In this document: positions 1-13,622 of the stretch, one piece after another
How positions within the stretch are numbered: the stretch's first letter is position 1
How the letters are laid out: each line of letters begins with the position of its first letter
Assembly: GCA_973895155.1 (NCBI GenBank)
Contig: OZ316896.1
Coordinates: 7,831,439-7,895,438 of the forward strand
Length of the DNA: 64,000 nucleotides
Direction: 5' to 3'
Source of the DNA: Marsupella aquatica
Taxonomy: Eukaryota > Plantae > Marchantiophyta
Notes under the pieces: generated by a model
The model's input: the letters and a program-made list of their open reading frames with translations, nothing else
Database searches by the model: none
What the model was told of the DNA's origin: nothing
Position numbers and translations under genes: made by a program

Positions 1-8
1 GCCCAGGA

Positions 9-3000
9 ATGTACCACAAAATCCTCAAGAACACCACGGGTATTCCCCAAGGAGTCCATCCATCATCTAAACATGAGACATGCATCCCATGTGCACAAGG
101 CAAATTGATTACAATGCCTGCCACCACTAAAAACACCTACCACATACCTGATTTCCTCTCACAGCTAAACGTGGATGTCTGCGGCCCAATAGACCCACCA
201 AGTGGACCATTTTGGTTCTTTCTAGTGATGATATGCTCATCCACGAAATGGTCCTCGGTCTCACTAATCTCCACCCAAAATCTGGTATTTGCTCGCCTAC
301 TAACTCAGATTATACGCCTAAGAACTCAATTCCCTGACTCAGCTATCAAGACAATAAGAATCGACAATGCTGGTGAATTCACATCACCTGCCTTCGACGA
401 TTTCTGCCAAGCCCTGGGTATCACCATTCAATACTCGGTACCATATGTACATTTCCAAAATGGCGTTGCAGAAGCAATGATCAAACGTATACAACTTATC
501 TCAAGACCTATATTATTACAAACACAATTGCCACTTACAGCTTGGGGACATGCTGTACTCCACGGTGCCACATTATTAAGATACAGACCATCGGCCTTCA
601 ACACTTACACACCACATCAGCTAGCATATGGATCTACACCAGACGTTACACACCTGAAAATGTTTGGCTGTCTTGTTCTCGTCCCAATTCTGGGCCCTAA
701 ACATACTAAAATGGGACCACAGCGGCAACACGACATCTATGTGGGATTCGACTCTCCTTCAATCGTCAGGTACCTCGAACCAACTACAGCTGATGTGTTC
801 CGAGCTAGATACCAGGATTGTAAATTCTGTGAGGATATTTTTCCCCCACTCCTTACCCCTGCACAACTCTACAAACAGAACACTCTAACCCCTACGTTAG
901 AATGGACAACTAAGGACCCATTCTGGAATGACCCCCGTACACAACTCACAAACGACGAAGTAAAGCGCATCCTGAATCTTCACCGAATCATGGAAAAAAT
1001 ACCAGACGCCTTTAATGATGCTGCTGCTGCCATGAAATCCCATATAGAAGCAGCTAACAAACCTGCCAGAATTTCCATGCCCGATACCCGAGCCACAGAC
1101 CATGCCCCCAAGGCAAAGAGAGGCAGACCCCCTGGATCCAAAGACTCCAGATCACGACAGAAGAAACCTGTATCAACACAACTCTACTTATGTTCACCAG
1201 GAACTACACTGGTCGATAACGAAGAAATTTCAATACATTACATGCATACCAGGCACTTATGGCCTAGAGATATAACTGAACCTGACGAACATTTTGCCTT
1301 TCTTATCTCCCAAGATATATCCAGTGACTTACCAGATCCCCGGAATATTAAAGAAGCCCAACAACGTCCCGATTGGCCTAAATGGGACTCTGCCATTAAC
1401 TCCAAGCTCGACTCACTCATAAGCCGCCAAGTATTTGGACAGATTCGAATTGTACCTGCTGAACAACATCTCACAGGATACAGAATTACACTAGTACGTA
1501 AACGAAATGCAGCAGGCGAAGTAGTCCGCTATAAAGCCCGACTTGTTGCTAGAGGCTATACACAAATCTATGGAAAAGACTATGACTTGACTCATTCCCC
1601 GGTTATGGACTATCACTTACAGATTTTTGATTGCCTTCGCTCTTACACATAAACTCCTAATGCACCTTATGGACGTCGTTACCGCTTACCTTTATGGCAT
1701 ACTCGACACTGATATCCATATGAAAGCTCCACCCGAGCTAATTCAAAGAGTAACCTTCCACATTAAGGGGGAGCATCAAACTACTCTATCCCCGGACATA
1801 CAGTCGGGTATTGATAAGATTGTTCCTACACAGGAACTTAAGGATTACCTTGTTCAATCAGGCCCATTGGTACCTGAACAAATAACTGAACACTTATCAG
1901 AGGATCAGAACGTACATGAAAAGCAAATTGCTCATGGTGAACATCAAACGAATTCTTCATTGAATTCCCTGGGTTTACCCACAGAGGTAAACCTCGTTCA
2001 TCAGAGGATACCTAAACCTCAAAAACCAGCGAAAGCATTTGCTGTACAGGTTCTTCGATCCATTTATGGCTTAAAACAGAGTGGCCGTATTTGGTACAAG
2101 CGCTTCCGTGCTGAGATGATAGCACTTGGTTTCGTGAATGAGGACATCGCTCCTTGCCTATTCATAAAATGAGCTGGAACTGAATTTATTATCATAGCAA
2201 TCTATGTAGATGATATAAATCTTATGGGCACTAAGCTTCTTATGGAACAAACAATTACAACACTCAAAGGCATCTTCGCAATGAAGGATATTGGGACACC
2301 CCTTTTCTGCCTTGGCATTCAATTCGAACACTTACCTAATGGCATTCTGATTCACCAATCCACATATACCAGGAAGATGTTAAAACAATTTAATATGGAC
2401 AAGTCATACCCTGTCACAACACCTATGGAAATTCGCTCCTTAGATTCATCCAAAGATATGTACAAGCGCAGAACTGAACAAGAACCGATCTTGGGCCCAG
2501 AGAAACCTTACCTCTCAACTATAGGCGCCTTGATGTACTTGGCAAACCAGACACACCCGGATATCTCCTTCGCTGTCAACTTGTTTGCTCGCCACAGCTC
2601 TCAACCAACGATAAGACATTGGAACGGTATCAAGAGAATTTTGTGCTACCTCCAAGGTACGATTGACACTGACCTCTACTTTCCTACAGATATGCCTAAT
2701 GAACTGATTGGTTTCGCTGACGCAGGTTACCTCTCCGATCCTGATGATGCCAAGTCCCAGACGGGCTATGTCTTCCTGCAAGGATCCACAGCAATATCCT
2801 GGAAAAGTGCTAAGCAGACACTGACAACAACTTCCTCCAACCATGCGGAAATAATCGCCCTATACGAAGCTAGTCGCGAATGCTTATGGCTTTGCCAACT
2901 TATCAACCATATCCACGGATCCACCGGTCAAGAAGTCCTCACCAAACCAACAATCATCTACGAAGATAACAGACCCTGCGTTGACCAAATTGCTAAAGGA

Positions 3001-3200
3001 TTTATCAAGGGAGATCAAATTAAGCACATAGCACCTAAATTCTTCCATACACATGAACAGCACGGTGATCAGATTAACGTTCAATGGATACCTTCCAAAG
3101 ACAATCGCGCCGATCTATTCACGAAGCCCTGACCTCGTGTCCTGCACGAAGCACACTCGACAGGAATCGGCCTACGCAAACTCTCAGATTTTCCCTAGTA
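9..3200 (+). pseudogene. copia pol (integrase, RT, RNase H), disrupted
   Basis: Motifs CIPCAQGK, DVCGP, RIDNAGEF, QNGVAE, YKARLVARG, MDVVTAYL, SIYGLKQSGR, YVDD, FADAGY, YEDN, ADLFTK. Frameshift near 1620, stops at 2170 and 3130. Confidence 0.92.
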
Positions 3201-3477
3201 CCTAAATGCTCTCGACTACTCGTTTCAGGCATTATTATTACGATCACCCTAAACCCATAATACCTGGTAGAATGGCACATTACTACTTAGCATATACTCA
3301 GTCCCCTTAACTTAACGAACTTATTACATGTAAGACAATGATACTCTTTTTACCCCAAAGAAGAAAGCAGGGGGTTTTTAATGAGATCATGTCGTTTATA
3401 AGTTCTAATATACCCTGAATTAGGATTAACTCTATTCTATAGAATGGTTACTTTCTATTGAAGTAACCAAGGGGGAG

Positions 3478-3591
3478 TGTTAGAATACACTTAACCCTAA
3501 CTCATAGAGTGATACAAAGGGGTATATAGGGACTAGATATAGAGAGTCATGAGACTAGGAGAAGGTAGTTATAACCATCCAATGTGTAACA
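3478..3591 (+). repeat. short (114 bp) 3' LTR of the copia element
   Basis: Starts with TG immediately after the PPT and has inverted termini TGTTA/TAACA. The 5' LTR is not in the window, so it cannot be confirmed. Confidence 0.65.
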
Positions 3592-3593
3592 CC

Positions 3594-4582
3594 TTATAAG
3601 CCACATTGGCTCATGAAAAGATTATCCTTGTGTTGTTGGTGTATGAACCATAGCCATCGTCTAACATTTAGAACTTCCCAGACAAATCGGCGAGGATTTT
3701 CTCTGAAGGGACCTGCATAAGACTCGCCCAAACAGTTGTTGACCACATCTTTCATATCATCTTCGGTCAGGTTCTCAAATGTAGGGTAGGATTGTACCAT
3801 ATCCCTCACTTCCCAACATATCTCATCTCCAGTGACATCCAAGATAGTATACTCAATCTTGGAACGCCAAATTTTACTTCCCCACTTATGGGAAAGTAAA
3901 GCATAGATTGCAGCATTACTTTCACGGTCATCATTTATATTAACAAATGACCAAAGTGGATTGTTGACAGATATATATTGTCGGATGTCATAAGCCTTCC
4001 ACAATTTTCTAAGGAATGGCCAAAGTATCTCTGGTAGAAAAGTGTCACTCTCGGCAATGTGTGAGAAGGGAGTTGGGAACAAACCACTATACTGTGGATT
4101 TGCAAAAGCCTTCACTGGAGAGTCATCAATAAGTAGAGTGTTTGTATCATCATACTTGTCTCCAAAACGACTCCACACCACACGCAAATCCTTCAACATA
4201 ATATTTGCTTTCCCATCTGCTACGTCCGGTCTTTTTATGCCAGTATCAAAAGCATCTTCTTGTGTGAAAACAAATTTAAATGGCCTCCGCTCCTCTTCTT
4301 TGAAAATCAAATTCATCATTTCATTAGTTCTTGGCCTCCCCGCACAAGTCCACAATGCGACATCAAAACCTTTGAAAGCCACCTCCAAAAATTGGTGCAA
4401 CCCTGGCCTTTCCACGTACATGAAATTGAATCCACCCCGTCTCCCCCAATGCACACCCCGCACAGTTGTTGTAGATCTTAACGGTCCCGAGCTTTTTGTT
4501 TTGACACAATCCCAACAAATTTTGTTCAGGTCCAAAATCAAGAGTTTTCTTCTTATATCAGAGTGCAATTTAGGAGTGAAAT
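3594..4582 (-). CDS. FCP1/NIF-like HAD phosphatase-domain exon (cassette copy 1)
   Basis: KLLILDLN, RPGLHQFL, FDVALWT, KDLRVVW, NTLLIDDSPVKAFANP. TTTGCAG acceptor near 4583. Confidence 0.85.
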
Positions 4583-4963
4583 CTGCAAAGATCCAAATGA
4601 ATCAAAATTATATCTAAAAGATATAAAAGAAGAACTTAGGGTCGAACCTGGATCGACCCGACCTAATGGGGAAAACAAACATATCATTTTTGAATGTCAA
4701 AGCATTTTGATATATCAATGTAGAAGTACCTTGCTCAAATGCTTTGTCTTGGACCAGGGTACCGCTTGCTGAAGGTAGACCAATAATATCCTTCGATGGA
4801 AGAGATGCTATGACAAAACTTAATTTGGTCTGTCCATATATGATTTCCAAACATAATATTTTAGATTATTGTGAAAAATAGAAGAACGAAACCATAATAT
4901 TAACCTCCACTACTAAATGACCCATATTCATCTATCATTTTATCACCTAGATCACTTTGGATA

Positions 4964-7179
4964 TCAGAATTGACGCCAACAGGAAGCTGCTCCACCAACG
5001 TTGGCGGCGCAAACACTGGACTCAATCTCAATTTGTCTATCAGGTTTGACCATTAACTTAGGTGCATCCTCCAACGTTTCTTTCAATCCAACTTTAGGTC
5101 CATTTCTCCAAATGAAATGAGTTGCATGACGGACTGTCTTCATATATCCTGTTCTACCTATCTCAGATCCAGACTTTTGAGACAAGCATAATATTATGGG
5201 GCTTCCGCTTGACATCCTTGTGAAAACCAATTTATTCCCTGACGAACAAAATTGAGGAGACTTGGAACAAGTTGAAGCACCTGCCTCTTCAGCTTTAACA
5301 TTTGTTGTCTCTCCAAGTGGAAGGTTGTCTTCAATCGCTTGTGCAATACCAACTTGTAGGTCCGTGGTGGGTGTAGTGGCCCCAATATTCTGCCAACCTG
5401 CATCCAATGTGCATGATACCTGCGGTCTCTCGGGATGCAATTTTGATACTTCAGGGTTGAGAGGATTTGCTGGAGGGTCGCCCTCAGGGCGACCCGACAT
5501 CACTATGTCGAGTTGAGGTAGCCCTTCAACACCGTAGGTAGTAATGCCAACCATTTCTGTTGCTCGAGCATCCCAATTTCCGCCAAAATCCTCCTCTACC
5601 ATAGGACTTGAACCTCCATCATCATGCTGCAACTCACCATCCTCAAGGTCAACTCGTTGAGGGCCCGGTTGGGGGTTGTCCATAGGCCCGCAAAGAACAC
5701 TTAGATGAGCTCTACTAGGACCATGTACTCCCATCCGCTCTTTCATAAGGAAGGGAATCCTGTTGCACAAAACCCTTGCATATGCTTTGGTGAAATGGTG
5801 TTCTTGCAAAGTGTCTGAATAGACAAAACAATCTTGGTATGCCAACAAGGCCACCTTCAAAACCTGCCCTTCTGAAAAAAATTGAGGACAGTCTCCCCCT
5901 CACCGGAAAAACATTCAATAATATTTTTGAGCATGTGTCGGGGCTTGGCATGCGGATTGACAAATCCTCCTCGACTTCCGACCATCTCAAACATTGGAGC
6001 TTGCCGCAATAAATCTGCCATATCAAATGCGGGAGACTGCTCCTCTGTCTTATTCTCTTTTCCCTTGCTTTTCTCTTGCTTGTCAGCCTTCACTTCAATA
6101 TTGAAATCATAGTCAACATTGGGGTGAAAACTAAATTTTGAATTGAACTCTGGCTTAAACAATTGATTCCAATCAAAATGGTCTTCACCTGTAATTCCAG
6201 CAAAAATGACCTGCTCAATAGCTCCTGTAAAAATTAAGCCCTATGGATTTGGGCGATCTTCCCGATCATAACTCCCGTATTCAACATGGATGGCCAAACG
6301 CTTTTCATGTCCTAATTTCCTTAGGGCACTCAAGATGTTGGCTGGAAGTGGCCCTGGATGAGTAGTCATGACAACTACAATGGTTGTATTCCTTGGAAAC
6401 TCCACAATATATTGGAGCAATACAAAAATTTCCGAATCTGTCCATTCATGTTGTCGTGCCCTACTAAAATCAACAATTGCAAGTGGACACATTGGCGTCG
6501 CCTCTTCCAATAACTTTGGCGTGGTTGTCTTCATTAGATTCTCATTGAAGAATGTCAAGAAAGGCTCTGTTCGTGTGCGCCCAACTCCACCAAATTGTTT
6601 GCAGTACAACCCATCTAATCTCACCATTAGACTTTGAGGGAAAGCCTCCTTCACAATGTTCTTCCTTAATAAACTGCTAAGGTAGACCTCCCCAACTGCT
6701 CTTTGCAATTTTGTCAACTCAAGTTGAGATCCCAAGGCCGGCATGATGTTGACCACCGAAGCCCACGATGTCCCCCCGGGAAACTTCTCCTTGTGCTTCT
6801 CAACAAAGTACTCAACAATGACTTGCTTCAATTTAGTCATTACCTTGATGGTATGAGCCATATCTGGCATTGACACCAGATCCATCTTGTTGGAGGCATC
6901 TTTCTTGAGAAGTGCTTTCTTCTCATAAACCACGGTCAATATATCAATGATATCCTTAGAACTGATCTCCCCTTCAAAACATCTAAAAAGAGTTGGCGTG
7001 ACCAACTTTAGTGGCCGCGGCCCACCATACTCTCCTGCCCCGCCAGGGAGCTTCCTTGCCAACCAATCCCAACAAATAGTTTGCCATAAATGGAAAAGCT
7101 TATCCTCAGCAAAGAGCAACCAAAAAATGGCTTTCAGGCTCGACTTTCCCATTGTTATCTTTGCGAGGGCAAACCAATC
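4964..7179 (-). pseudogene. helical region plus amino-methyltransferase-like domain and low-complexity tail (cassette copy 1)
   Basis: One reading frame broken by an in-frame TAG at 6241 and a 1-bp frameshift in a T run near 5875. Restored text KPRHMLKNIIECFSGEGETVLNFFSEGQVLKVAL resembles motifs X-I of beta-class N6/N4 MTases and aligns with 44698-47352. Confidence 0.65.
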
Positions 7180-7391
7180 CTGCATTTACATTCATCCACC
7201 AAAAAACATGTTAGATGTTTAAACTTAGAAACTTCAACTTCTCTGCCTCGCCCCTAGAGCGAGGCGAAGAAAATGACAAAGCCATATGAAAATGGTTGGG
7301 GCAATCATTGTATTCATAGTTCAATTCCGTTCGGGTCGCTCCAAGAGCGAGGCAAAATTAAACTACAGTTCCAACTAATAAAAATGTTTAC

Positions 7392-8549
7392 CTGGTATTT
7401 CTGGTTGTCTGTACTTTGGTTTGTTCCAATTCCTGGACGCGGTGGTTTCCCACATTCATCAAATTGCCTTCTTGCATGAACAACTGTCTCTAGAAAACAA
7501 GACTTAAACTGCATGGTCTGATTTACAACATTTGAAAGGCTCGAGTGCTCGACCAAAATTGCCCTTGGAGTGAGGTCTGATAAGATCCTCGCTTTCCGAT
7601 ATTGGAGTTTGCTAGCAAGATCAGTTAGCTTGGCATCCTTGTCTGCCCACCCTTGAATCCATTGTGCAGCCTTTGCGGAATGTTGCCCACTCATTGCAAG
7701 AAATTGTATCTCTTGCTTCTTAACACCAAACAAAAACTGCTTCCGATCGTGTGCCGTATTGTCAAAATGTAACAACTGCTTAGTGCGCTCTAGAAATGGA
7801 ATCAAATCTGCAACATGTGGTTCCTGGCCAGGGTTTTTCATCATTGATTTTGCTATCTCTAAGGCATGAGCCTGGTTGAACATCCGATACACAAAAACTG
7901 CAGTAGGCAGAAGAATACTTTTAACCGGGATTTCAAAAACCTCCCTAATTCCAAAAGTGTAGTATTGCTCGATGTTCCGCAAAGCTTTCTGCCCCTCCAA
8001 TACATCTCGTTCCTCTGGTGCATCTGTTGGGCATGTATCATCCTCCGGATCCAAGACCAACCTTGCTTTTGACGCTAACACGGGCTTTGATTTTCCAATC
8101 TTGGCCTTCTTCTTGGGCTTCTTGGCGGAGTCCTTATCTTTCTTCTTCAACGCCGCCTTTTTTCCTCTAGTACTTCCTTCACTCCTTGGCTCTCTTTGTT
8201 TTCTCTTCTTCTGTGTTTCAGCCGGCGTCATTTCTTTGGCCTTCATCTTCATCTTCCCCTTACCTCGATGCTTTTCTTCCTTCTTCTTTTGAGTTGAAAT
8301 CCACTTCATGCAAGCATCTTCGTCAAACTCATCAGAGAAAATAAAACTCTTATCAATTGCTTGCTCATATGAAAAGCGTGTTGTTTCAATCATCCTCTAG
8401 ACAACCCATGTGTTAGGAAGATCTATAAGGTCCGGATGATCATGCATGTACCGCTTCACAGAGAGGAATCCAAAGACAACATCAACCCCACTCAATTTGA
8501 ATTTTCCATGCCTCTCAAGAACATCCTCTACAGTGAACCCATCTGGAAG
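7392..8549 (-). pseudogene. Lys-rich linker plus ParB/Srx-like domain exon (cassette copy 1)
   Basis: YRMFNQAHALEIAKSMMKNPG...FLAMSGQHS fits the ParB-type GxH[RS] motif. GT-AG intron at 7180-7391, in-frame stop at 8397. Confidence 0.6.
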
Positions 8550-8554
8550 AAATC

Positions 8555-11500
8555 TGTGGTGCGTCCCATGGCTCCCTAAACCCAAGAAACCCCCTAGCTC
8601 AAGCCGATTCCCGCAGGTTTCATGCTTGGCGAGGCCGTTTCCGTGGCTTAGCGGCATGGGACGCTGCTAACCTTCTACTACTACTATTAACATTTTACAC
8701 ACATATACTGGACAGATCCTTCATCGGGTCATGAGATACGTAGCCGGCCTAATATAGGCCTTCCCCTGTCTTCCCCTGTCTTCCCCTCCGTCTTGTTAGG
8801 TATGTTTGGATTCCGCCGCCGGAATGATCCCCAATAGGCTTGGTTAAGCCGCTAAGACCTCTCTCAGCTCGACACATCCAACTCTCACTCCCCTGCTTAC
8901 TTTCCTTCCTTCTGTTGATGTGGGCACTCTTCACACAAGTTAATGCGACACACAAATAGCAAAATGACTCATTCTGACTGAGTCATACCATGCACTTGCC
9001 ATACAAACAGTACATCTCATACACAAGTTCTGCGAACTAAGCCGTGAGGCCAACTCTATTCAGCTCTTAGGCATGAGGAAACATGAATATACACAAGGGT
9101 CACTGTATGACTAACCGAGAGCTTCTCGTACTACTTGATCCCAGCCCGGCTGGTGCAAACTAAAAACTTGCTAAAGAAGAGGCCCTGAGCTCCCCGCTGC
9201 CCAGGTACTTATCCTGGTAGTGGATCCGCCATTCTTTGCATCGTAAGCCTAATCTACTTAACAGTAATCTACTTGCCCGAATCTACCTATGTACAGCAAG
9301 GCAGGAGCACAAGTGTTGCTCCTACCAGTGGGACCGCAATCCCACTAAGCTAAGTGTCAGGGCCGCTCCTGGTTCTGATCCTAATCCTAAACGTGGAGAT
9401 CCGTGCCCACCCTGCCCACTCACGCCTCCTCCCTCCACGTCCGCCCTCCCTAAAAGGAACGGCGCCCTTGCACCGTCACGACATCGGTGGTGGATCCTTA
9501 ATGGACGCCCCCAACGCTTCCTCCTCAGCCACTGCCGTAGATTCATTCTCTGACAGATTACCTGCCCTTGACTGAGTCAACTCTCCATCGGCCTGACTGG
9601 GTCCACCTTCGGCTTCAGCCTCGACACCGGCCTCAGCCACTCCCACGGCTTCGGCTTCAGCCACTCCCTCGGCTTCGGCCTCCCCTTCCCCTAGGGTAGT
9701 TGGATCCTTAGCCGTGACCCTGTCTGGGGTCGGTGCTGGGTCTACCTCCTTGATCACCACGGCCTGTGAAGTCGTATTACTCCTTGACCCTGAAGGTTTC
9801 TGCTTCTTCTTCGTTGGTGGCTCGGCAGCTGGTCCCTTCCCCTTCCCACTTACTTCCGGCACTGGTGCAGTTGGCGCGGCTTGTCCTTCGGCAATTACCA
9901 CCCCTGGTAACTGGTTTGTCCCAACGGGAGATGGACCTGCTGCAGCTAAGCATTTAAATACTGCGGCTTGTTTCTTCAGCCGCTCTGTTTGGTTGTCGGC
10001 CCGCCGCTGTAGGTTCTCCATCTTCCTCGTGATTTCCTCCAACTCCTCTTGGGTTTCATCCAGGTCCTTACGTGCCCCCTCCAGCTCGTTTTTGGCCTCC
10101 TCCTGCTCCCTGTGGGCTTCCTCCAATTCCTTCTTCAAGGTAGCCCTCTCCTCCTGGGTTGCTCTTAGCTCCTTGTCGAGCTCTGCAATGATGACAGACT
10201 CCATCTGGTTCATCTTGGCGTAAGTCTGTTCGAGCATCTCGTCCTTCTCCCTTAGGTCGGCCTTGAAGCTGGCCGTCAGGGACGCAAGCTCCTGCTGCAG
10301 CGCCATAATCCCCTAACTCGACCTCCTTCTGCTCAAGGGCTCCATGGATTTTCTCGAGCTCCCCTTTCAACGCCCATTCCTTTCTTTGGGTCTCCGCCAT
10401 GGCCCGGCTGTTGGCTGTTATGTGGGCCTCCTCTGTATTCTTCAGCTCTTGCTTCCACTTCTCCCTCTCTTTGATCGTGACGGCCAACTCTTCCTGCGTC
10501 TGAGTTAGTTTATCCTTGATATTCTGATTATCAGCCTGCGCGGTGTCCAACTGCCCCTGCATGATGTTCAGCTCATGTCGTTTAATCCGCAGTTCATCTT
10601 GGGCTTTCTTGGCCGCCCTTAGATCTTCAATCTCGGCTTCCATCCTCCTAAGCCGCCGAATGACCTCGTCCTTCTTGCTTCTCTCTAAAGCCACCGCTTC
10701 TTCTAATTGGTGCTTCTCCAACTGCTCCCTATGGAAAAAGGGTCCTACCTCCAACTCCTCTCCAAAGATGCCGAGCGCAAGTTCCCCACACATCTCACCA
10801 TACTCCATGGCTCTATTCTTAGCGTAGGTGGAGTAAGTAGAAGTGATCGGCATCGCCCATCGTGGCCTCTGCTCCCAAGCCGTCCTGCGGATCTCTTCAA
10901 TCGTGGCTAGAGGTTTGCTTCCTTTTTCGGCTAGCCGCCTGATGTCCTCCGGCCAATCTCCTCCTGGTAAATCCTTTTCCTTAGCCAGGGCGGCCTCCTC
11001 CTCCTGCTTGATTCGCTCCTGAAATTCCTGCACCGTCTGTTTTATGCCGTCGAAGCTCGGGGGAGCAACATCTGGTGGGGGAGACTCAGGGCTACTCTGC
11101 TGGTTGGGGTCCCCTCGCACTACCCTTGGAAGTGTGGGGACAAACCGGCCACAGGTCCTTACTCCTGGAACGTGATGGTCCGACCCATAGCCGGAATTAT
11201 CATGGCTGCAGTCCTCCACTGCCTCCTCTACCTCTTGGACGTCCGGCTTCTCCCTCTCCTCTTCGTCGGTAGGAGCTTCAGGCAATTCTGCCTCAGATTC
11301 GGAGCTTGAGGTTCCCACGTACATTCGAACACCTGGCTTGGATTCCGGCCTGATTCTTTCCTTGTCTCCAGCAAAGGGGTTTTCTCTTGTGAGCCGGTGT
11401 AGGCCTACCTCTGTAGTAGTGTCCTGCATTGTTGCCGTTGCCGTTGTTGTTGCCGATGCCGATTTCTTTTCTTTCTCCAGTAGTTTCAGCAGACTCTGCA

Positions 11501-13176
11501 TGCCTGGTTGCTGCATCAGCAAGTCTTCCTTCCTGGGCCTAAACACCTGCTCGATCGTAGGACTAACAGGTGGTTGAGGCTTCTCAGCCAACGGCCTCGG
11601 CGTTGGAGCTTCCTCGGGTGCCCTTACCTGCAGGGGAAGTACCGGGGCAAAAGTCTGACCTCTGGCATACCGGCACAACAGCGGCATGTGATAGCCAAGC
11701 CGCGACACGCTCCCCATGCCGATTACCTGCTGCTCCTCCTTTAAGATCTTCTTCAATTGGTTGAGGAGGTACCCGTTGTAGTCCCGGCTTGGGTCTGGCC
11801 TTTCTGCCAGATAGACCTGTGCCTTGCCGATCTCTGCCCTCGGCAAGTTACAATGCATGGTCACCCGCAAGAAGTCGATCATCTCTCCTATGTGCGGGTT
11901 GGTGCAGGTGTTCCGGAAGAAGCCATTCTTCGTTGATGGCCCGGGGAACGACCGGAACTCCTTGTCAGGCAGGGTCTTCCTGGTATCAACTTTGGTCTTA
12001 TTGCCTATCGGCAAGCCAAACACTTCGGCAATTACCTTGGGAGTAAGATAGAAATCCTTCCCATATATCCTCGTGCAATTGGTCTCGGGTTCCCATGACC
12101 CCACGAATTCTAATAGGTCTGACTCCGGTACCTTCGGCTTCAGCCATGGTAATCTTACAAAGGCCTCCAAGCTGGATCCGGCCATGAAGCCTTGGTACTT
12201 CTTGGTCTGCATGGCCGTAAAGCATGCATCCTCCTCCCGTGCAAAATGTAGTTGCACCTCCACCGGTAGGGTTGCCGCCCAGCCCTTCCAGGTGTCATCC
12301 CTGGTTGGAATGGCCTTGATGGGATCGACCTCCTCCTCTTCGGCTTCTCCCTGCCTCCTGCTCTGCTGCTCGGCTGGCCTCTTTGGTGCCGCCGACCTCG
12401 TTCTTTTTGCCGGGGTGGCTTCATCGTTGACGGCCCCCTTCCTCTTCATCTCTGCTGCCGTGGAGGTTTCTCCTAGCACCGTTGCCTGGGTCCACCTTTC
12501 CGTGCTACCCTTTAATTCCCAGTGTATGTCGTTGCAGTTCTTGATGGCCTCTCGGATGCCGACGATGCTGTCTTTGCAAAACAGAAGATCGTCGAGTTGA
12601 TTGGAAGTAGGCGTCCACAGGAACTCGTCCTTGATGAGTTCGCCTCCTAAGAAAGCCGTCTTCTGCAGCTCCCACAATCAAGCGAGCTCCTGCCGTTCTC
12701 GAGCTGCCCTTTCTGACTCCTCGTCCTCGTAAGTCTTGATGTACTCAGTTGCCCGTTCGAACAGGCATCCCCAGAAATGTGCCGCTTGATTGACGTTGCT
12801 CATACCCTCCTTAGGTCGATCGTCGGTATCTACTCTCTCCCCGAGTGCTTGCCTAAGCAGCTGACAGTAGTTGGCCTCCCGTAGTCGTCTACCTAGTTCG
12901 TGCTCGCAAATGAGCCACCATCTCCTGCAAGCGCTCCTTACCCCTCTCCTCTGCCGGTCCTTCTTCCCGTTGATCCTTCCTAGCCGCCGACGCTTAACGC
13001 GCCCTAACCCTAATCGGGTTTTCACCCTCAGCCTTACCTCCGGCCTCTGCCCGGGTTCCATGGTTGCCCCTAATTGTTTATATTTTCCTTGTTTTGTCCC
13101 TATACTAAGGTGTTCCTAGGGTGCCTTCCTGCTTTACCCACTTAACCAGCCGAGTGATTCCTGTCTAGGCATCACA
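8555..13176 (-). mobile_element. 4.6-kb TG...CA element, copy A (giant solo-LTR-like, coding)
   Basis: Termini TGTGGTGC...GCATCACA, TSD AAATC (8550-8554 and 13177-13181). Near-identical inverted copy at 28916-33267. Confidence 0.93.
9476..13061 (-). pseudogene. about 1,200-aa coiled-coil protein of the TG...CA element (copy A)
   Basis: ORFs 12678-13061, 10068-12677 and 9476-10306 join when compared with copy B (CGA>TGA at 12678, small deletion near 10315). The segment EFVGSW...IYGKDFYLTPKVIAEVFGLP resembles accessory ORFs of plant gypsy elements. Confidence 0.8.
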
Positions 13177-13560
13177 AAATCCCATTGAACAAATACTAGC
13201 CTCCAAGCGTGCTATCCACTCCACGTTGATAATTGACGAGTACATCTTGATTGGCAAGTAAAGTCTCATCCACTGAGATCTTTCTCTGGATTCAATAATG
13301 ATTGTAACATTGCGGTTATCACTACAATTTACAAGGACCACAGGGCCCAATGCAACTATCTTCTTGTCGTTCATTGTCTCAGCAGTGATTGCCTTGATAC
13401 AAATCATCGACAAGTCATTCTCCATGATCCCTATTCCAAGTGCCCACGAAAATCCTGCCTTATCTTGTCCAGGGAAAATAAAGTCCTTGACATCCTCGGC
13501 CATAATATTTAACTCTGGGGATCCAAGTTGTTCTCCTGGCAAAACAAATTGAAATGACAA
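13177..13560 (-). pseudogene. N-terminal part of cassette copy 1, split off by the copy A insertion
   Basis: Removing 8555-13176 and one TSD restores the continuous frame ...ICSMGF|LPDGFTVEDV... Confidence 0.7.
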
Positions 13561-13622
13561 ACATTAAAGCAAGAGATCTTCTGTGTTGCCTCGCCCCTAG
13601 AGCAAGCTGGAGACAAGGTCTG

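Larger units (their letters stand above)
1..3591 (+). mobile_element. Ty1/copia LTR retrotransposon (Bianca-like lineage), 5' part outside the window
   Basis: Integrase-RT-RNaseH order. PPT AAGGGGGAG at 3469-3477 is followed by a TGTTA...TAACA LTR at 3478-3591. Confidence 0.92.
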
